From Chiloscyllium plagiosum (lineage: Eukaryota), in NCBI RefSeq assembly GCF_004010195.1, contig NC_057749.1, positions 3,675,595 through 3,739,594 on the forward strand: a stretch of DNA of 64,000 nt. The letters run 5' to 3'. Position numbers and translations under genes: made by a program. This document shows, in pieces, positions 49,121 through 61,085 of the stretch (position 1 is its first letter; each line of letters starts with the position of its first letter). The notes below the pieces were generated by a model that made no database searches, was not told where the DNA came from, and saw nothing but the letters and a program-made list of their open reading frames with translations.

Positions 49121-49189
49121 TGACTCCATTCAAATATATAAAATTGGAAAGTCAGGTTAAAATTAACATAAACCCTGCAGAGAATGAGG

Positions 49190-50255
49190 CTGGGAAGTAA
49201 TAATGGGAAGTCACAAAATGACAGGAAAGAACACTTTGCATCAGTCTTCATGGTAGAAAGCACCAGTAGTAATTCAATGATATGTCATAACGAAGGGACT
49301 AAGCTGAAGAGGAGGAAAGCAATAATTAGAGGAACGTTTGCTAGGAGGAGGTACAAGGAAAGCTAATGGGGCTAAAGGATGTGGACCAGATAGATTGCAT
49401 CCTTGATGTTAAGTGAAGTAGCTTCAGAGTTAGTGGATGTTCTGATTATATTCTTCCAAGAATCCTTAGATTCTGGAAGAGTCACAGAGGATTAAAAACT
49501 GCTCATGTAACACCCTTATTAAAAAGTGCAGGGACATTAATAAACAGTAAACAGACGCTACTTAATATCTATCATTGGGCAAATGTTAGAATCCAACATA
49601 GGTGATGCAATAACAGAGCATCTATAACCGTATAACATAATCGAGCAGAGTTGGCGTGGGTGCTTAAAGGAGAAGTTAGCCTATGAAATTTATTAGAATT
49701 CTTTTGAGGAGGTAACAAGTAGGATGTATGAAAGTGGACCAGTTGACTACGATATGTTTGGATTTCAAGAAGTCGTTTGCTCAGATAAGATACATAAGGC
49801 CACTTCATAAGAGCTGAAGGTGTGGTAGGTTGTGTTTTAGCATGGATAAGAGGACTGGTTAATAAAAGGAGACAGATGGGATGGAGGGGACTTTTCCAGA
49901 ATGGCAGCGTGTAACCAGTGGAGTTCCACAGGGATCAGTGCTGAGCCCATAATTGTTTGCAATATATATTAATAACTTGGATGAGGAAAATGGAGATGAT
50001 GCAAAGAGTCTACAGAGGGATGCAGAGAGGTTAAGTGAATAGGCAACAACTTGACAGCTGTATACAATGTTGGAAAGTGTGGGATTCTGCACTTTGGCAG
50101 AAAGAAGAATAGAGCTGAATGTTATGAATGGAAAGAGGCTGCAGAAACCTGCAGCGCAGAAGGAATGGCGTGATCATGTGCATAAATCACAAAAAGCTAG
50201 CATTCAAGTTCACTGGACAATAAGGAAGGCAAATTGGCTGTGACCATTATTTCAT
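49190..50255 (+). mobile_element. old CR1 LINE ORF2 fragment
   Basis: gtaaccagtggagttccacagggatcagtgctgagccca encodes VTSGVPQGSVLSP (RT motif); many stops and indels. Confidence 0.85.
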
Positions 50256-50261
50256 AGACAA

Positions 50262-51743
50262 GGAGGAAGTGTGGACTGCAGAATCGAAAAATGTGGTGCT
50301 AGAAAAGCACAGCAGATCAGGCAGCCTCCAAGGAGTAGGGGAGTTAACGTTTCGGACATAAGCCCTTCATCAGGAATTATGGCGGGGAGGGCAATGGATA
50401 TTGGGTCGGGGGGGGGAAGGCAGCTGAGAGATATATAGGAGGGTGGGATTGGGGCTGGGGCAAAGATAGCTGGGCAGGAGATAGGTAGATGCAGGTGGGG
50501 ATTGATGGTGATAGGTTGATTGGAAGGGTGCAGCGGAGAGGTAGGAAGGAAGACAGACAGGTAGGACAGTTCAAGAGGGTGGTGCCAAGTTGGACAGTTG
50601 AATCTGGAATGAGGTGATGGGGAGGGGAGATTTGGAAACTAGTGAAGTCAATGTGGTTGGAAGGTTCCAAGGCGGAAGGTGAGGTGTTCTTCCTCCGGTC
50701 GTCAGGTGGCTTGGATTTGGCAGTGGAGGAGGCTCAGGACTTGTATGTCCTTGGTGGTGTGGGAGGGGGAGTTGAAGTGATCGGCCACAGGGCAGTTTGG
50801 TGCATGTGTCCCAGAGATGTTACCTAACACGTTCCGCGAGTTGGCATCCTGTTCCCAAATATAGAGACCACAGCGGGAGCAACGGACACAGTAGATGAGG
50901 TGGGTGGATGTGCAGGAAATTCTCTGCTGGATGTGGAAGGATCCTTTGGTGCCTTGTACAGAGGTGAGGGGGGAGGTCAGGGCACAGGTTTTACACATCT
51001 TGCAGTGGCAAGGGAAGGCGTCAGGTGTGGAGGGTGGGGAGTTAGGACCTAATGTGGGAATCATGGAGGGAATGCTGATAAGAGTGGGGAGGGGAATATG
51101 TCTCTGGTGGTGGAGGGGTCTGACTGTAGGTGGCGGAAATGGCAGAGGATAATGCACTATCTCCGGAAATTAGTAGGGTGGAAGGTGAGGCCCAGGGGAG
51201 TTCTATCCTTGTTGTGGTTGGAGGGGTGGGTTCAAGGACAGAGGTGAAGGAAGTGGACGAGATCCACTGAAGGACATTGTTGGATCAAGTGGGAGGGGAT
51301 TTTGTGGTCCTTGAAATAGGAAGCCATCTGGGATGTCCTGGAGTGGGATTGCTCCTCCTGGGAGCAGATGCGGTGGAATTGGGAGTAAGGTATCCTTTCT
51401 TTCAATTCCTTCCTCCTGGTTCTTTGCTTCCACCAAAGACATGCAAGTCCTGGGTCTTCTCCACTGCTAAATCCAAGCCGCCTACGACTGGAGGAAGAAT
51501 GCCTTATCTTCAACCAAATGGCATCAACACCAACTTCAACAGTTTCCAAATCCCTCCTCCCACCTCATTCCAGATCCAACGCTCCAACTCGGCACCGCCT
51601 TCTTGACCTGTCCCACCTGTCCATCTTTCTTCCCACCTATCTGCTCCAACCTCCCGACCAACCCATCATCATCACACCCCACCTGCATCTATCTATTGCC
51701 TTCCCAGGTACCTTCCCTGCCCACCCTCCACCCTCCTATCTAT
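50262..51743 (-). mobile_element. Penelope-like element (GIY-YIG endonuclease remnant, hammerhead-bearing 3' terminus) with inverted segment at about 51425-51743
   Basis: Minus translation IPYSQFHRICSQEE and CHCKMCKTC..THLIYCVRCSRCGLYI..PVADHFNSPSH. Core CTGATGA-A-GGGC-TTAT-GTCC-GAAA-CGTT at 50346-50373. 51425-51743 mirrors about 50430-50770. Confidence 0.88.
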
Positions 51744-52565
51744 NNNNNNNNNNNNNNNNNNNNNNNNNNNNNNNNNNNNNNNNNNNNNNNNNNNNNNNNN
51801 NNNNNNNNNNNNNNNNNNNNNNNNNNNNNNNNNNNNNNNNNNNNNNNNNNNNNNNNNNNNNNNNNNNNNNNNNNNNNNNNNNNNNNNNNNNNNNNNNNNN
51901 NNNNNNNNNNNNNNNNNNNNNNNNNNNNNNNNNNNNNNNNNNNNNNNNNNNNNNNNNNNNNNNNNNNNNNNNNNNNNNNNNNNNNNNNNNNNNNNNNNNN
52001 NNNNNNNNNNNNNNNNNNNNNNNNNNNNNNNNNNNNNNNNNNNNNNNNNNNNNNNNNNNNNNNNNNNNNNNNNNNNNNNNNNNNNNNNNNNNNNNNNNNN
52101 NNNNNNNNNNNNNNNNNNNNNNNNNNNNNNNNNNNNNNNNNNNNNNNNNNNNNNNNNNNNNNNNNNNNNNNNNNNNNNNNNNNNNNNNNNNNNNNNNNNN
52201 NNNNNNNNNNNNNNNNNNNNNNNNNNNNNNNNNNNNNNNNNNNNNNNNNNNNNNNNNNNNNNNNNNNNNNNNNNNNNNNNNNNNNNNNNNNNNNNNNNNN
52301 NNNNNNNNNNNNNNNNNNNNNNNNNNNNNNNNNNNNNNNNNNNNNNNNNNNNNNNNNNNNNNNNNNNNNNNNNNNNNNNNNNNNNNNNNNNNNNNNNNNN
52401 NNNNNNNNNNNNNNNNNNNNNNNNNNNNNNNNNNNNNNNNNNNNNNNNNNNNNNNNNNNNNNNNNNNNNNNNNNNNNNNNNNNNNNNNNNNNNNNNNNNN
52501 NNNNNNNNNNNNNNNNNNNNNNNNNNNNNNNNNNNNNNNNNNNNNNNNNNNNNNNNNNNNNNNNN

Positions 52566-53012
52566 GAAATGAGGAAACTGGTGAAATCTGAGTTCATCCC
52601 TTGTGGTTGGAGGGTTCCTAGGCGGAAGATGAGGCGTTCTTCCTCCAACCGTCGTGTTGCTATAGTCTGGCGTTGGAGGAGTCCAAGGACCTGCATGTCC
52701 TTGGTGGAGTGGGAGGGGGAGTTGAAGTGTTGAGCCACGGGGTGGTTGGGTTGGTTGGTCCGGGTGTCCCAGAGGTGTTCTCTGAAACGTTCCGCAAGTA
52801 GGCGGCCTGTCTCCCCAATATAGAGGAGGCCACATCGAGTGCAGCGGATGCAGTGAATGATGTGTGTGGAGGTGCAGGTGAATTTGTGGCGGATATGGAA
52901 GGATCCCTTGGGGCCTTGGAGGGAGGTAAGGGGGGAGGTGTGGGCACAAGTTTTGCATTGCAGCGGATGCAGTAAATGATGTGTGTGGAGGTGCAGGTGC
53001 AGCGGATGCAGT
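52566..53012 (-). mobile_element. Penelope-like GIY-YIG endonuclease fragment, frame intact for about 130 codons
   Basis: Hand translation from 52960: QCKTCAHTSPLTSLQGPKGSFHIRHKFTCTSTHIIHCIRCTRCGLLYIGETGRLLAERFREHLWDTRTNQPNHPVAQHFNSPSHSTKDMQVLGLLQRQTIATRRLEEERLIFRLGTLQPQGMNSDF. It contains the YIGET motif, the conserved Arg, and CCHH residues. Confidence 0.9.
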
Positions 53013-53511
53013 GGTTATCAGACCAGCCATGATTTCATTGACTGGCAGAATAAAGTTGATGGGCTGAAAGGCCTACTTCTTGTCTTGAGGTTTATTATGT
53101 TCCAGACGTTGAATAGGAAGGGAATAGTGTTTGGACTCTGTTGACTTTGTAGACACGGGTAGAAATCTTCTAAGGAAGAAGACACCAAATTTTAATGAAC
53201 ACACTGAGCAACATTAGTTTTTGTACGTTCATTAATGTCATCGCGTTAATGGGATTTTCACATCGCCATTTACTCCTAGTCAGCATGAAAATCTTCCCAT
53301 TGGGCTCTCTATTCAAGCAGTTCTGATTATCTTCCCCAAGATTCAATTAAGGTAATGATGATGAAGGATTTACTGGAGGAAATGATAAAATCTTTATTTG
53401 AATGTGACCTCTTTTCCCATCTTCAGGCTTTACCTTGGCGCCTCAATCAGCGAATTCTAGAATTTCACAGCAATGAAGGAGCCTAAGAAGAAGGGTATTG
53501 GACTTGAATAA

Positions 53512-53612
53512 TTTCTGAAGAAGGGTTATTGGACCTGAAATGGTCACTCTGCTTTCTCGCCACAGATGCTGCTAGTTTTGCTGAGTTTTTCCAACAGTTT
53601 CTGTTTTTGCTT
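53512..53612 (+). mobile_element. short Penelope-like terminus with decayed hammerhead
   Basis: CTGAAGA-A-GGGTT-ATTG-GACCT-GAAA-TGGTC, followed by the acagatgctg..ttttcca..ttctgttttt tail. Confidence 0.65.
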
Positions 53613-53616
53613 CACT

Positions 53617-54600
53617 CAGATGATCCCTGGTATGGACGGATTGTCTTCATGAGCAAAGGTTAAATGTGGGTTCCCTCCGGGTGCTCCAGTTTCCTCCCAC
53701 AGTCCAAAGATGTGCAGGTTAGGTGGATTGGCCAGGCTAAAATGCCCATAATATCTAGGGGTGTGCAGGCTTGGTGAATTAGAATTAAAATTAGAATTCT
53801 TACAGTGTGGAAACAGGCCCTTTGGCCTAACAAGTCCACACCGATCCTCCGAAGAGTAACCTACCCAGACCCATTCCATTACCCTATATTTACCCCTGAC
53901 TAATGCACCCAACCTACACATCCCAGAACACTATTGGCAATTTAGCATGGCTAATTCACCTAACATGCACATCCTTTGGATTGTGGGAGGAAACTGGAGC
54001 ACCCGGAGAAAACCTACGCAGACACGGGGAGAATTCCGGTTGCCCGAGGCTGGAATTGAATCCGGGTCTCTGGCACTGTGAGGTAGCAGTGCTAACCACT
54101 GAGCCACTGTGCCGCCCAAAAAGCCATGGGAAATGCAGGGTTAGGGTGGGGTGGGTAGGCCTGGCTGGGAGGCTCTTCGGAGTGTCAGTGTGGACTTGAT
54201 GGGCTGAATGGCCTGCTTCCAAACTGTCGGGCTTCTATGATTCAATGATAAACAGGTTGGGACTTTACTCATTGTAATTTAAAAGAATGAATGAAAATCA
54301 ATTGAAACATATTGGCTGCTTAAGGGGCTTGACAGGTAAATGCTGAGAGGATGTTTCCCCCTCATGGGAGAGTCTGAGACCATAGTCTCAGAATACACGG
54401 GCACTGACTTAAGACAACGATATGGAGGAATTTCTTCTCTCAGGATTGAGAGTCTGAGGAATGCCTTGCTATAGAGAGTTGTGCTACAGAGTTCTTGTGA
54501 ATATTTAAGGCTGAGATTGATTGTTGACCAGTAGGGGAGTCGGGGTTATGAGGAAGGGACAGGAAAGTGCGTGTGAGGCATTCGTGGTCAATAAAATAGT
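53617..54600. mobile_element. triple nest: CR1 fragment (+) > HE1 SINE (+, 53665-54245) > antisense HE1 SINE (53778-54117)
   Basis: Each host resumes colinearly after the inner insert. Confidence 0.85.
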
Positions 54601-57304
54601 GCTGGCCTATGTCAGCATTTCTTGAATGAATACAAAGTACTTGCAATTTGTGAACTGAGTAAGACTGCTGTTCTGCTTTGTGTGTTATGATTTGTCATCT
54701 TCCTTGCAGAGTTCCTCTCTTGCGTCTACAGGCCAATGCGTCCATTCCTTTCCTATCCAAGGCCAGCAGGATCTATACCCTATTCCCTCTCTAGCGTCAG
54801 GATGTCCGCCCACCCCAACATACAAGTCAAGTGAGACTGTTTCTCAAGATAAGGCATGCATGATTATGTGCGAGCGATTGCATTCAGATAGTGACATTAA
54901 CATAGTGAGACATTGCAAGGAGCTTCACTAGCACGTTATCAGACAAAATTTCACATTGCACCACGTCAAGATGTCACAATCAATGGCAAAACATGGATTG
55001 GTTTTCAGTCCTTGCACGCAATCTTAGAGAGTTTGCAAATTTTCCCAGTTGGTACTGCTCGAATATGTGGTGCTCTCACACTTGGGAACCATCCGGAGAA
55101 CTGCAATGGATTCAGAATTAATTTCCATGATTCTGCATTGTTGACTGATGATGTGAGGTGAACCATGCATTGTTTGTTTTTTTTTGTCCATTTGATAAAT
55201 AATTAGTTCAAAATTCATGATGGATATACCGCTTAGCCAGCTCCTGTGATCTTCCATCAATTTTTGTCTCTGGTCTGGAGAAATTACTATTCACGGTATG
55301 AAGCAACTAAAAGTGCAGGAGTGGGAAGCATTAAGTATCTAACATAAATATGGTGTTATGCCTAACATAAAACATTTTAGCTCAAAGCTAAAAGGCTGGA
55401 TTCAATTTTAATTCCAATAGAAATTTTAATGAACAGTAACCAAAGACTCAAGTTAATAAAATGTATTATGTTCTTCCCCAACATTATAGTCAGTCTGACT
55501 TGTTCTGATTTGAACTTAAAACCTCCAAACTGCTTGGTGTTATTGTCTACTCGTTGATCACCAACTGTTGTCATGGTGACCATAGGGTGATTCTTAATTA
55601 AAAACTAAACAACGTTTCAAACTTTCCACCCTTCCAAATCTCACTCCTCCTTTTAAGATGCATTTTCAAACCTATCTCATTGACCAAATCTTGTGGTGAC
55701 CTTTGACCCAGAAGCAGTCCAGTAAAGGAACATTTTTAATTTCTCTGAAATGCCTGTGGAATCTGAAAGCTTGCAAAGGAAAAGTCAAGAGTTTGCATCA
55801 GGTGTAAAAGGATTAGTTGTAATTTTTCTTGGCTAATAAGAAATACTGGTCCATCTGTCCTGACAACACATAACCATAACCATGCAGTATTGACCAGGAT
55901 GAAGCTAAGCAAGAAATGTTGTAGTCGGACACAAAGCCAAGCAAGAGAGTGTGGCAGTGATCAGTGTGTGAGGAGACAAACTCACCGCCTTAAAGAACAA
56001 AGGAGAGCTGCAGGAGAGAGAACACAGCAGGCATATTTACAAGGAGTTGTGTGTAATATAGTTAAACAGGACAGAAGTTCTCACATCCATCTTGGCATGA
56101 GGCTAGTTGAAGAGCTGAAGGGACCATCTGCGCTTGAGGGCACAGGAGATGTATGGCGTCAAGCTGATGTGAGCCTTTTATACAAAGGCTATATTTCTGA
56201 TATTTTTGCTGCATTTCTATTCCCAGTAATTCACTGGGAGTCTTTCTTTTCCACCATCACAGCTTTGAAATTCAGCAGTTTGAGGACAAGGTGAAGTTAT
56301 CTATAGATTTATGCAGGCTCCTAGTTAGTACCCTTGCCTGTAATCTGACAATGAATAGGTTAGCTTATTCCGGGTCAAATAACAGAACTGATAGCCACGA
56401 TTAATTGCAAACAGTGGTAGAGCAGTTTACTTGGATCTGTTATCAACCGTACTTCTTATTCATGGTTATCTTTATTTCCAGTAATCACTGCAAACATCTC
56501 CATATCATTCCACAAACAGGTGCCTTTATCGATGCATTGTATGCCCTTGTGCGTTGTGCCTCTGACTGTTCTCACAATTCATTAATCTTTGCAACGTCTC
56601 TATCATAAATTTTACACTGGTTCTAGATATCTGACGTGCTGCTAATTTTGGAGAAGGCAATTTGAGTGATAAATTGGCTTATTCCAGGGCAGTGACAGTT
56701 AATGACTCTTCACCTGAAGAAGCCTTGCAGAGATTGTGGCTTTGAGATTTTCGCCTTTAATCGGAATCATGCATGCAGCACTGAACTGCTCAGAGCTCGA
56801 GCAGTTAATGTTCGGCTACTGATTTTTGGCTGCACCTTTTAAAATATAGCCATCACTGTTGTAATCTTCAAAATACAAGATTCTAAAGAGATACTTCTGA
56901 GGGGTTGAGGTAAAGATATTTCTTTGCTTTAGGAATAAAATGAGTTTAATGTCTCTTTCATTTTCCACATTGTTTTTTTTAGTCCTCCAATTTTGGGCTG
57001 GTATAGTATCCAGTGCCCATTTCCTTTACCCCAAAGTCAAGTGCAGTACGTAAGGGAAAGAGGTAATTCAGTGTGCAACTTTTGCGAGATCAGTGCAGAT
57101 CAGTGGCTGATCTCTGTCCGGGTTTAAATTCTCACTCCACTCAAACTGCAGGAATGTTCCCTTCTGACCACTTTGGGATTATTTGGGTTGTAAGCATCAA
57201 ACAAAAAAAGTGGTTGTTATCCAATACTTTTTTGGCAATTTAATATACGTTTTGTCCGCTGTTTGAGGTGGCACACTTAAAATCAAAATCTTGGAACTCC
57301 CTAA

Positions 57305-57790
57305 GGGCATCATGCTGGTTCAGTGGTTAGCACTGCGGCCTCAGGGACGCAGGTTTGATTCCCGCCTCGGGCGACTGTCTGTGTGGAGTTTGCACATTCT
57401 CCATGTGTCTGCGTGAGTTTCCTCCGGGTGCTCAGGTTTCCTCCCACAGTCCAAAGACATGCAGGTTAAATGGATTGTCAATGTCAAATTGCCCCAAAGT
57501 GTCTAGAGATGTGCAGGTGGGTTAGCCATGGGAAATGCAGGATTAGATTAGATTAGATTACTTACTGTGTGGAAACAGGCCCTTCGGCCCAACAAGTCCA
57601 CATTGACCTGCTGAAGCGCAACCCACCCAGACCCATTTCCCTACACCTAACACTACAGGCACTTTAGCATGGCCAATTCACCTAACCTGCACATTTTTAG
57701 ACTGTGGGAGGAAACCGGATAGAGCGTGGATCTGGGTGAGGTGGTTGGGCTGAATGGCTTGCTTCCACTCTGTCGGGATTCTATGATTCT
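57305..57790. mobile_element. HE1 SINE (+) with antisense truncated HE1 SINE (57542-57718) nested in it
   Basis: The (GATTA)4 antisense tail begins right after host gggaaatgcag; host 3' end resumes at 57719. Confidence 0.85.
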
Positions 57791-58356
57791 CCCTTGCTAG
57801 CAGCTCTGTGGGTGCAGCTGCACCACTCAGAATGCAGTCATCCAAGAAAGCAGCTCACCTCCAACTTATTGAGGATGCCAACATCTGAAAGTCAAATTAG
57901 AAGATCTGTAAATGATAAAATGTGCAGAATCACTGGCAGGAGGCAGGAGATTGGCACACGGAGCATTGTTCACTCGGAGAGCTGGTGCAGATATGCCTTC
58001 CTTCTGCAGTGCATCGATTCTGTGATTTGTTTTTGTGTGAAAATAATTAATCAGTGCTTATAGGGACCCTCTACTGAAACCACCAACAGCAACTTCTGCT
58101 GAACTCCTGCACTGGAGAATCCATTCCCTCCATCAAAAGCAGGGTGAAACGAGGGAATATGGCCTGACATCAAGGGCTAAGCTGATGAGGGGTGATGTCA
58201 GGAAGCTTATCAACAGACAGAGGTTGATGGGAATCTGGAACTTTCTGGCTTCTCAAAATGCTGCTGAGGTGTCAATTGAAAATCTTCAACTTCTGATGGA
58301 GTTTTTGTTTGTCATGGGGATTATCCAACTAAGATATCTGGTGTTTTAAAAGGGAT

Positions 58357-58790
58357 TAGAGTCCTAGAGCCCTACAGCACAGAGAAAGGGCCTTCAGCCT
58401 AAACTAGTCCATGCTGACCAAAATGTCCAACACGCTAACCCCATTTCCCTGGTCTTGGCCCATATCCTTCTAAACTTTTCCTATCCATGTATTTGTCCAA
58501 ATGCCTTTGAAGTGTTGTTAATGTACCATTTTCACTGGCAGCTCATTCCATATGCGTACCGCCCTCTTGTGTAAAAATGCTGCCCTTCAGGTTCCCTTTT
58601 ATTCTTTCCCCCTCACCTTTAACTGATGCTCTCTAGTCCTCAATTCCCCAACCTTGGGGGAAAAAGACTAAAGTGCATTCACCCTACATGCCTCTCATGA
58701 TCTTCTACACTTCTATAAGATCCCCACTCAGTCTCCTATGCTCTAAAGAAAAAAGTCCTAGCTTGTCCAACCTTTCCCTATGACTCAGAT
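58357..58790 (-). mobile_element. CR1/HER1 LINE 3' fragment
   Basis: Colinear with 6905-7345. Confidence 0.8.
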
Positions 58791-58794
58791 TATA

Positions 58795-58972
58795 TCATGG
58801 GATGTGGGTGTCATTGATGAGGCCAGAATTTGTGGCCCATCCCTAATTGCCCCTTGAACTGAGTGTTTTGCTTGACCATTTCAGCGGGAGGTTGAGAGTC
58901 AACCACGTTTCTACAAGTCAGTAATTATGTGTAGGCCAGGCCATGTAAGGAAGGGAGATTTCCCTCCCTAAG
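58795..58972 (-). mobile_element. tRNA-derived SINE (second family) 3' part
   Basis: Reverse complement of the gcaattagggatggg..ctggcc tail. Confidence 0.65.
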
Positions 58973-59214
58973 TGGATGGAGATCTGTCATGACTTAATTG
59001 AATGGCAGCACTGGCGAAAGGGCCAAATGGCCTATCCCTAATCCTGTTCACTTTCATAGTTACATTTAACAATGACTATGACTCTGTGTGAATCTGTGAA
59101 CAGAATGCCAACAATGCAGTCTTGTATTGGAATCAAATGCTGTGGGAACCATATTAAGACTTGTGTACAAGTTGAATGTTGAAAAGGAGAGGCGAATGGA
59201 CTTGCATCATGATG

Positions 59215-59442
59215 GTGGCTGTGTGGAATGCTCTGCCCCAGAGGGCAGTGGAGGCCCAGTCTCTGGATTCATTTAAGAAAGAGTTGGATAGAGCTCTCAA
59301 AGAAAGTGGAATCAAGGGTTATGGAGATAAGGCAGGAACAGGATACTGATTAGGAATGATCAGCCATGATCATGTTGAATGGCGGTGCAGGCTCGAAGGG
59401 CAGAATGGCCTACTCCTGCACCTATTGTCTATTGTCTATTGT
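59215..59442 (+). mobile_element. young CR1 LINE 3' end
   Basis: Near-identical to 63477-63660; (CTATTGT)n tail. Confidence 0.88.
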
Positions 59443-59684
59443 TCAGATATTTGCTTAACAGGCAGAAAAATCACAGGGCCAGCTGATGTGGAAAAAAAGT
59501 TAAAGAACTCAGCTGTTTCTCATACCAAATTTTAACTAAGATACCTGAAGGATTAACTATGGAAACGCCTTGCAGAGGAAGAAAGAAACCAGAGAGGAGA
59601 GATTAGAATTAGGTTTTATTGCCACATGTACTCAAGTACAGCAGTACAGTTACATGCAATGCTATCTTAGGTATAAAGTAAAAA

Positions 59685-59883
59685 TCGAAACTGTGGAAGC
59701 TATAAATCAGAAACAGAAATTGCTGGAAAAGCTCAGCAGGGTCTGGCAGCATCTGTGCAGAGTAATCTGAGATAATGAGTTGAGTGACCCTTCCTCAGAA
59801 TTGATGGGAGCTAGGAAAAAAGTTCAGAGAAGGGTTGCTGTGTAGGTTTAGGACTCACTTTCAGCAATTTCTGGTTTTGTTCG
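59685..59883. mobile_element. decayed Penelope-like fold-back insertion
   Basis: Arms cagaaattgctg / cagcaatttctg; minus-strand remnant CTGAGGA-A-GGGTC-ACTC. Confidence 0.6.
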
Positions 59884-60120
59884 GTACAATGTCCCTAGTT
59901 ACAAATCTTGGGTATTAAAATAGATTAGGTACAAAAATAGAGAAATAAAGAAAAAATCTAAAAATGCTGCTGTACAATTCTTAGTATAAATTAGGAAAAT
60001 AAACAAATAAAATAAACATTACAGCCCTTCTATAGCTTGCAGCCACTCAGTGTGGGGGGCTTTCCACACATCGTCTCGCTCTTGCCCCCTGCTGGGCCAA
60101 AGCCAACTGGGCTTGCAAGC

Positions 60121-61085
60121 CACTGACCGCCCCCTGTGACAGGCTGACCACACCGTGCTCCAGTCCACCCACTGACCGCCCCCTGTGACAGGCTGACCAC
60201 ACCGTGCTCCAGTCCACCCACTGACCGCCCCCTGTGACAGGCTGACCACACCGTGCTTCAGTCCACCCACTGACCACACCCTGTGACAGGCTGACCACAC
60301 CGCGCTCCAGTCCACCCACTGACTGCAATCTCTGACAGGCTGACCACACCACGCTCCAGTCCACCCACTGACCGCCCCCTGTGACAGGCTGACCACACCG
60401 CACTCCAGTCCACCCACTGACCGCCCCCTGTGACAGGCTGACCACACCGCGCTCCAGTCCACCCACTGACCGCCCCCTGTGACAGGCTGACCACACCGCG
60501 CTCCAGTCCACCCACTGACCGCCCCCTGTGACAGGCTGACCACACCGTGCTTCAGTCCACCCACTGACCGCACCCTGTGACAGGCTGACCACACCGCGCT
60601 CCAGTCCACCCACTGACTGCCATCTCTGACAGGCTGACCACACCAGTCTCCAGTCCACCTACTGACCGTCATCTTTGACAGGCTGACCACACTGGGCTCC
60701 AGTTCACCCATTGACCGCCATCTTTGACAGGCTGACCACACCGGGCTCCAGTCCACCCACTAACTGCCATCTTTGACAGGCTGACCACACTGGGCTCCAG
60801 TCCACACATTGACTGCCATCTTTGACAGGCTGACCACACCGGGCTCCAGTCCACCCACTGACCACCATCTTTGACAGGCTGACCACACTGGGCTCCAGTC
60901 CACCCATTGACCGTCATCTTTGACAGGCTGACCACACCGGGCTCCAGTCCACCCACTGACTGCCATCTCTGACAGGCTGACCACACTGGGCTCCAGTCCA
61001 CCCACTGACTGCCATCTCTGACAGGCTGAACACATCGGGCTCCATTCCACCCACTGACCATCCCCTGTGACAGGCTGACCACACC
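60121..61085. repeat. 49-bp GC-rich minisatellite, about 20 copies
   Basis: Unit cactgaccgccccctgtgacaggctgaccacaccgtgctccagtccacc; the second copy starts at 60170. Confidence 0.97.

Noticed and set aside
54710-54830. Acceptor plus open phase-1 frame (EFLSCVYRPMRPFLSYPRP..)
   Set aside because: No similarity to the B7-H3 TM or cytoplasmic region, not hydrophobic, and a weak donor; cannot be supported without transcripts.
57794-57830. LAALWVQL, resembling the B7-H3 ALWVTV motif
   Set aside because: Directly follows a SINE tail and continues as polar sequence with no TM helix.
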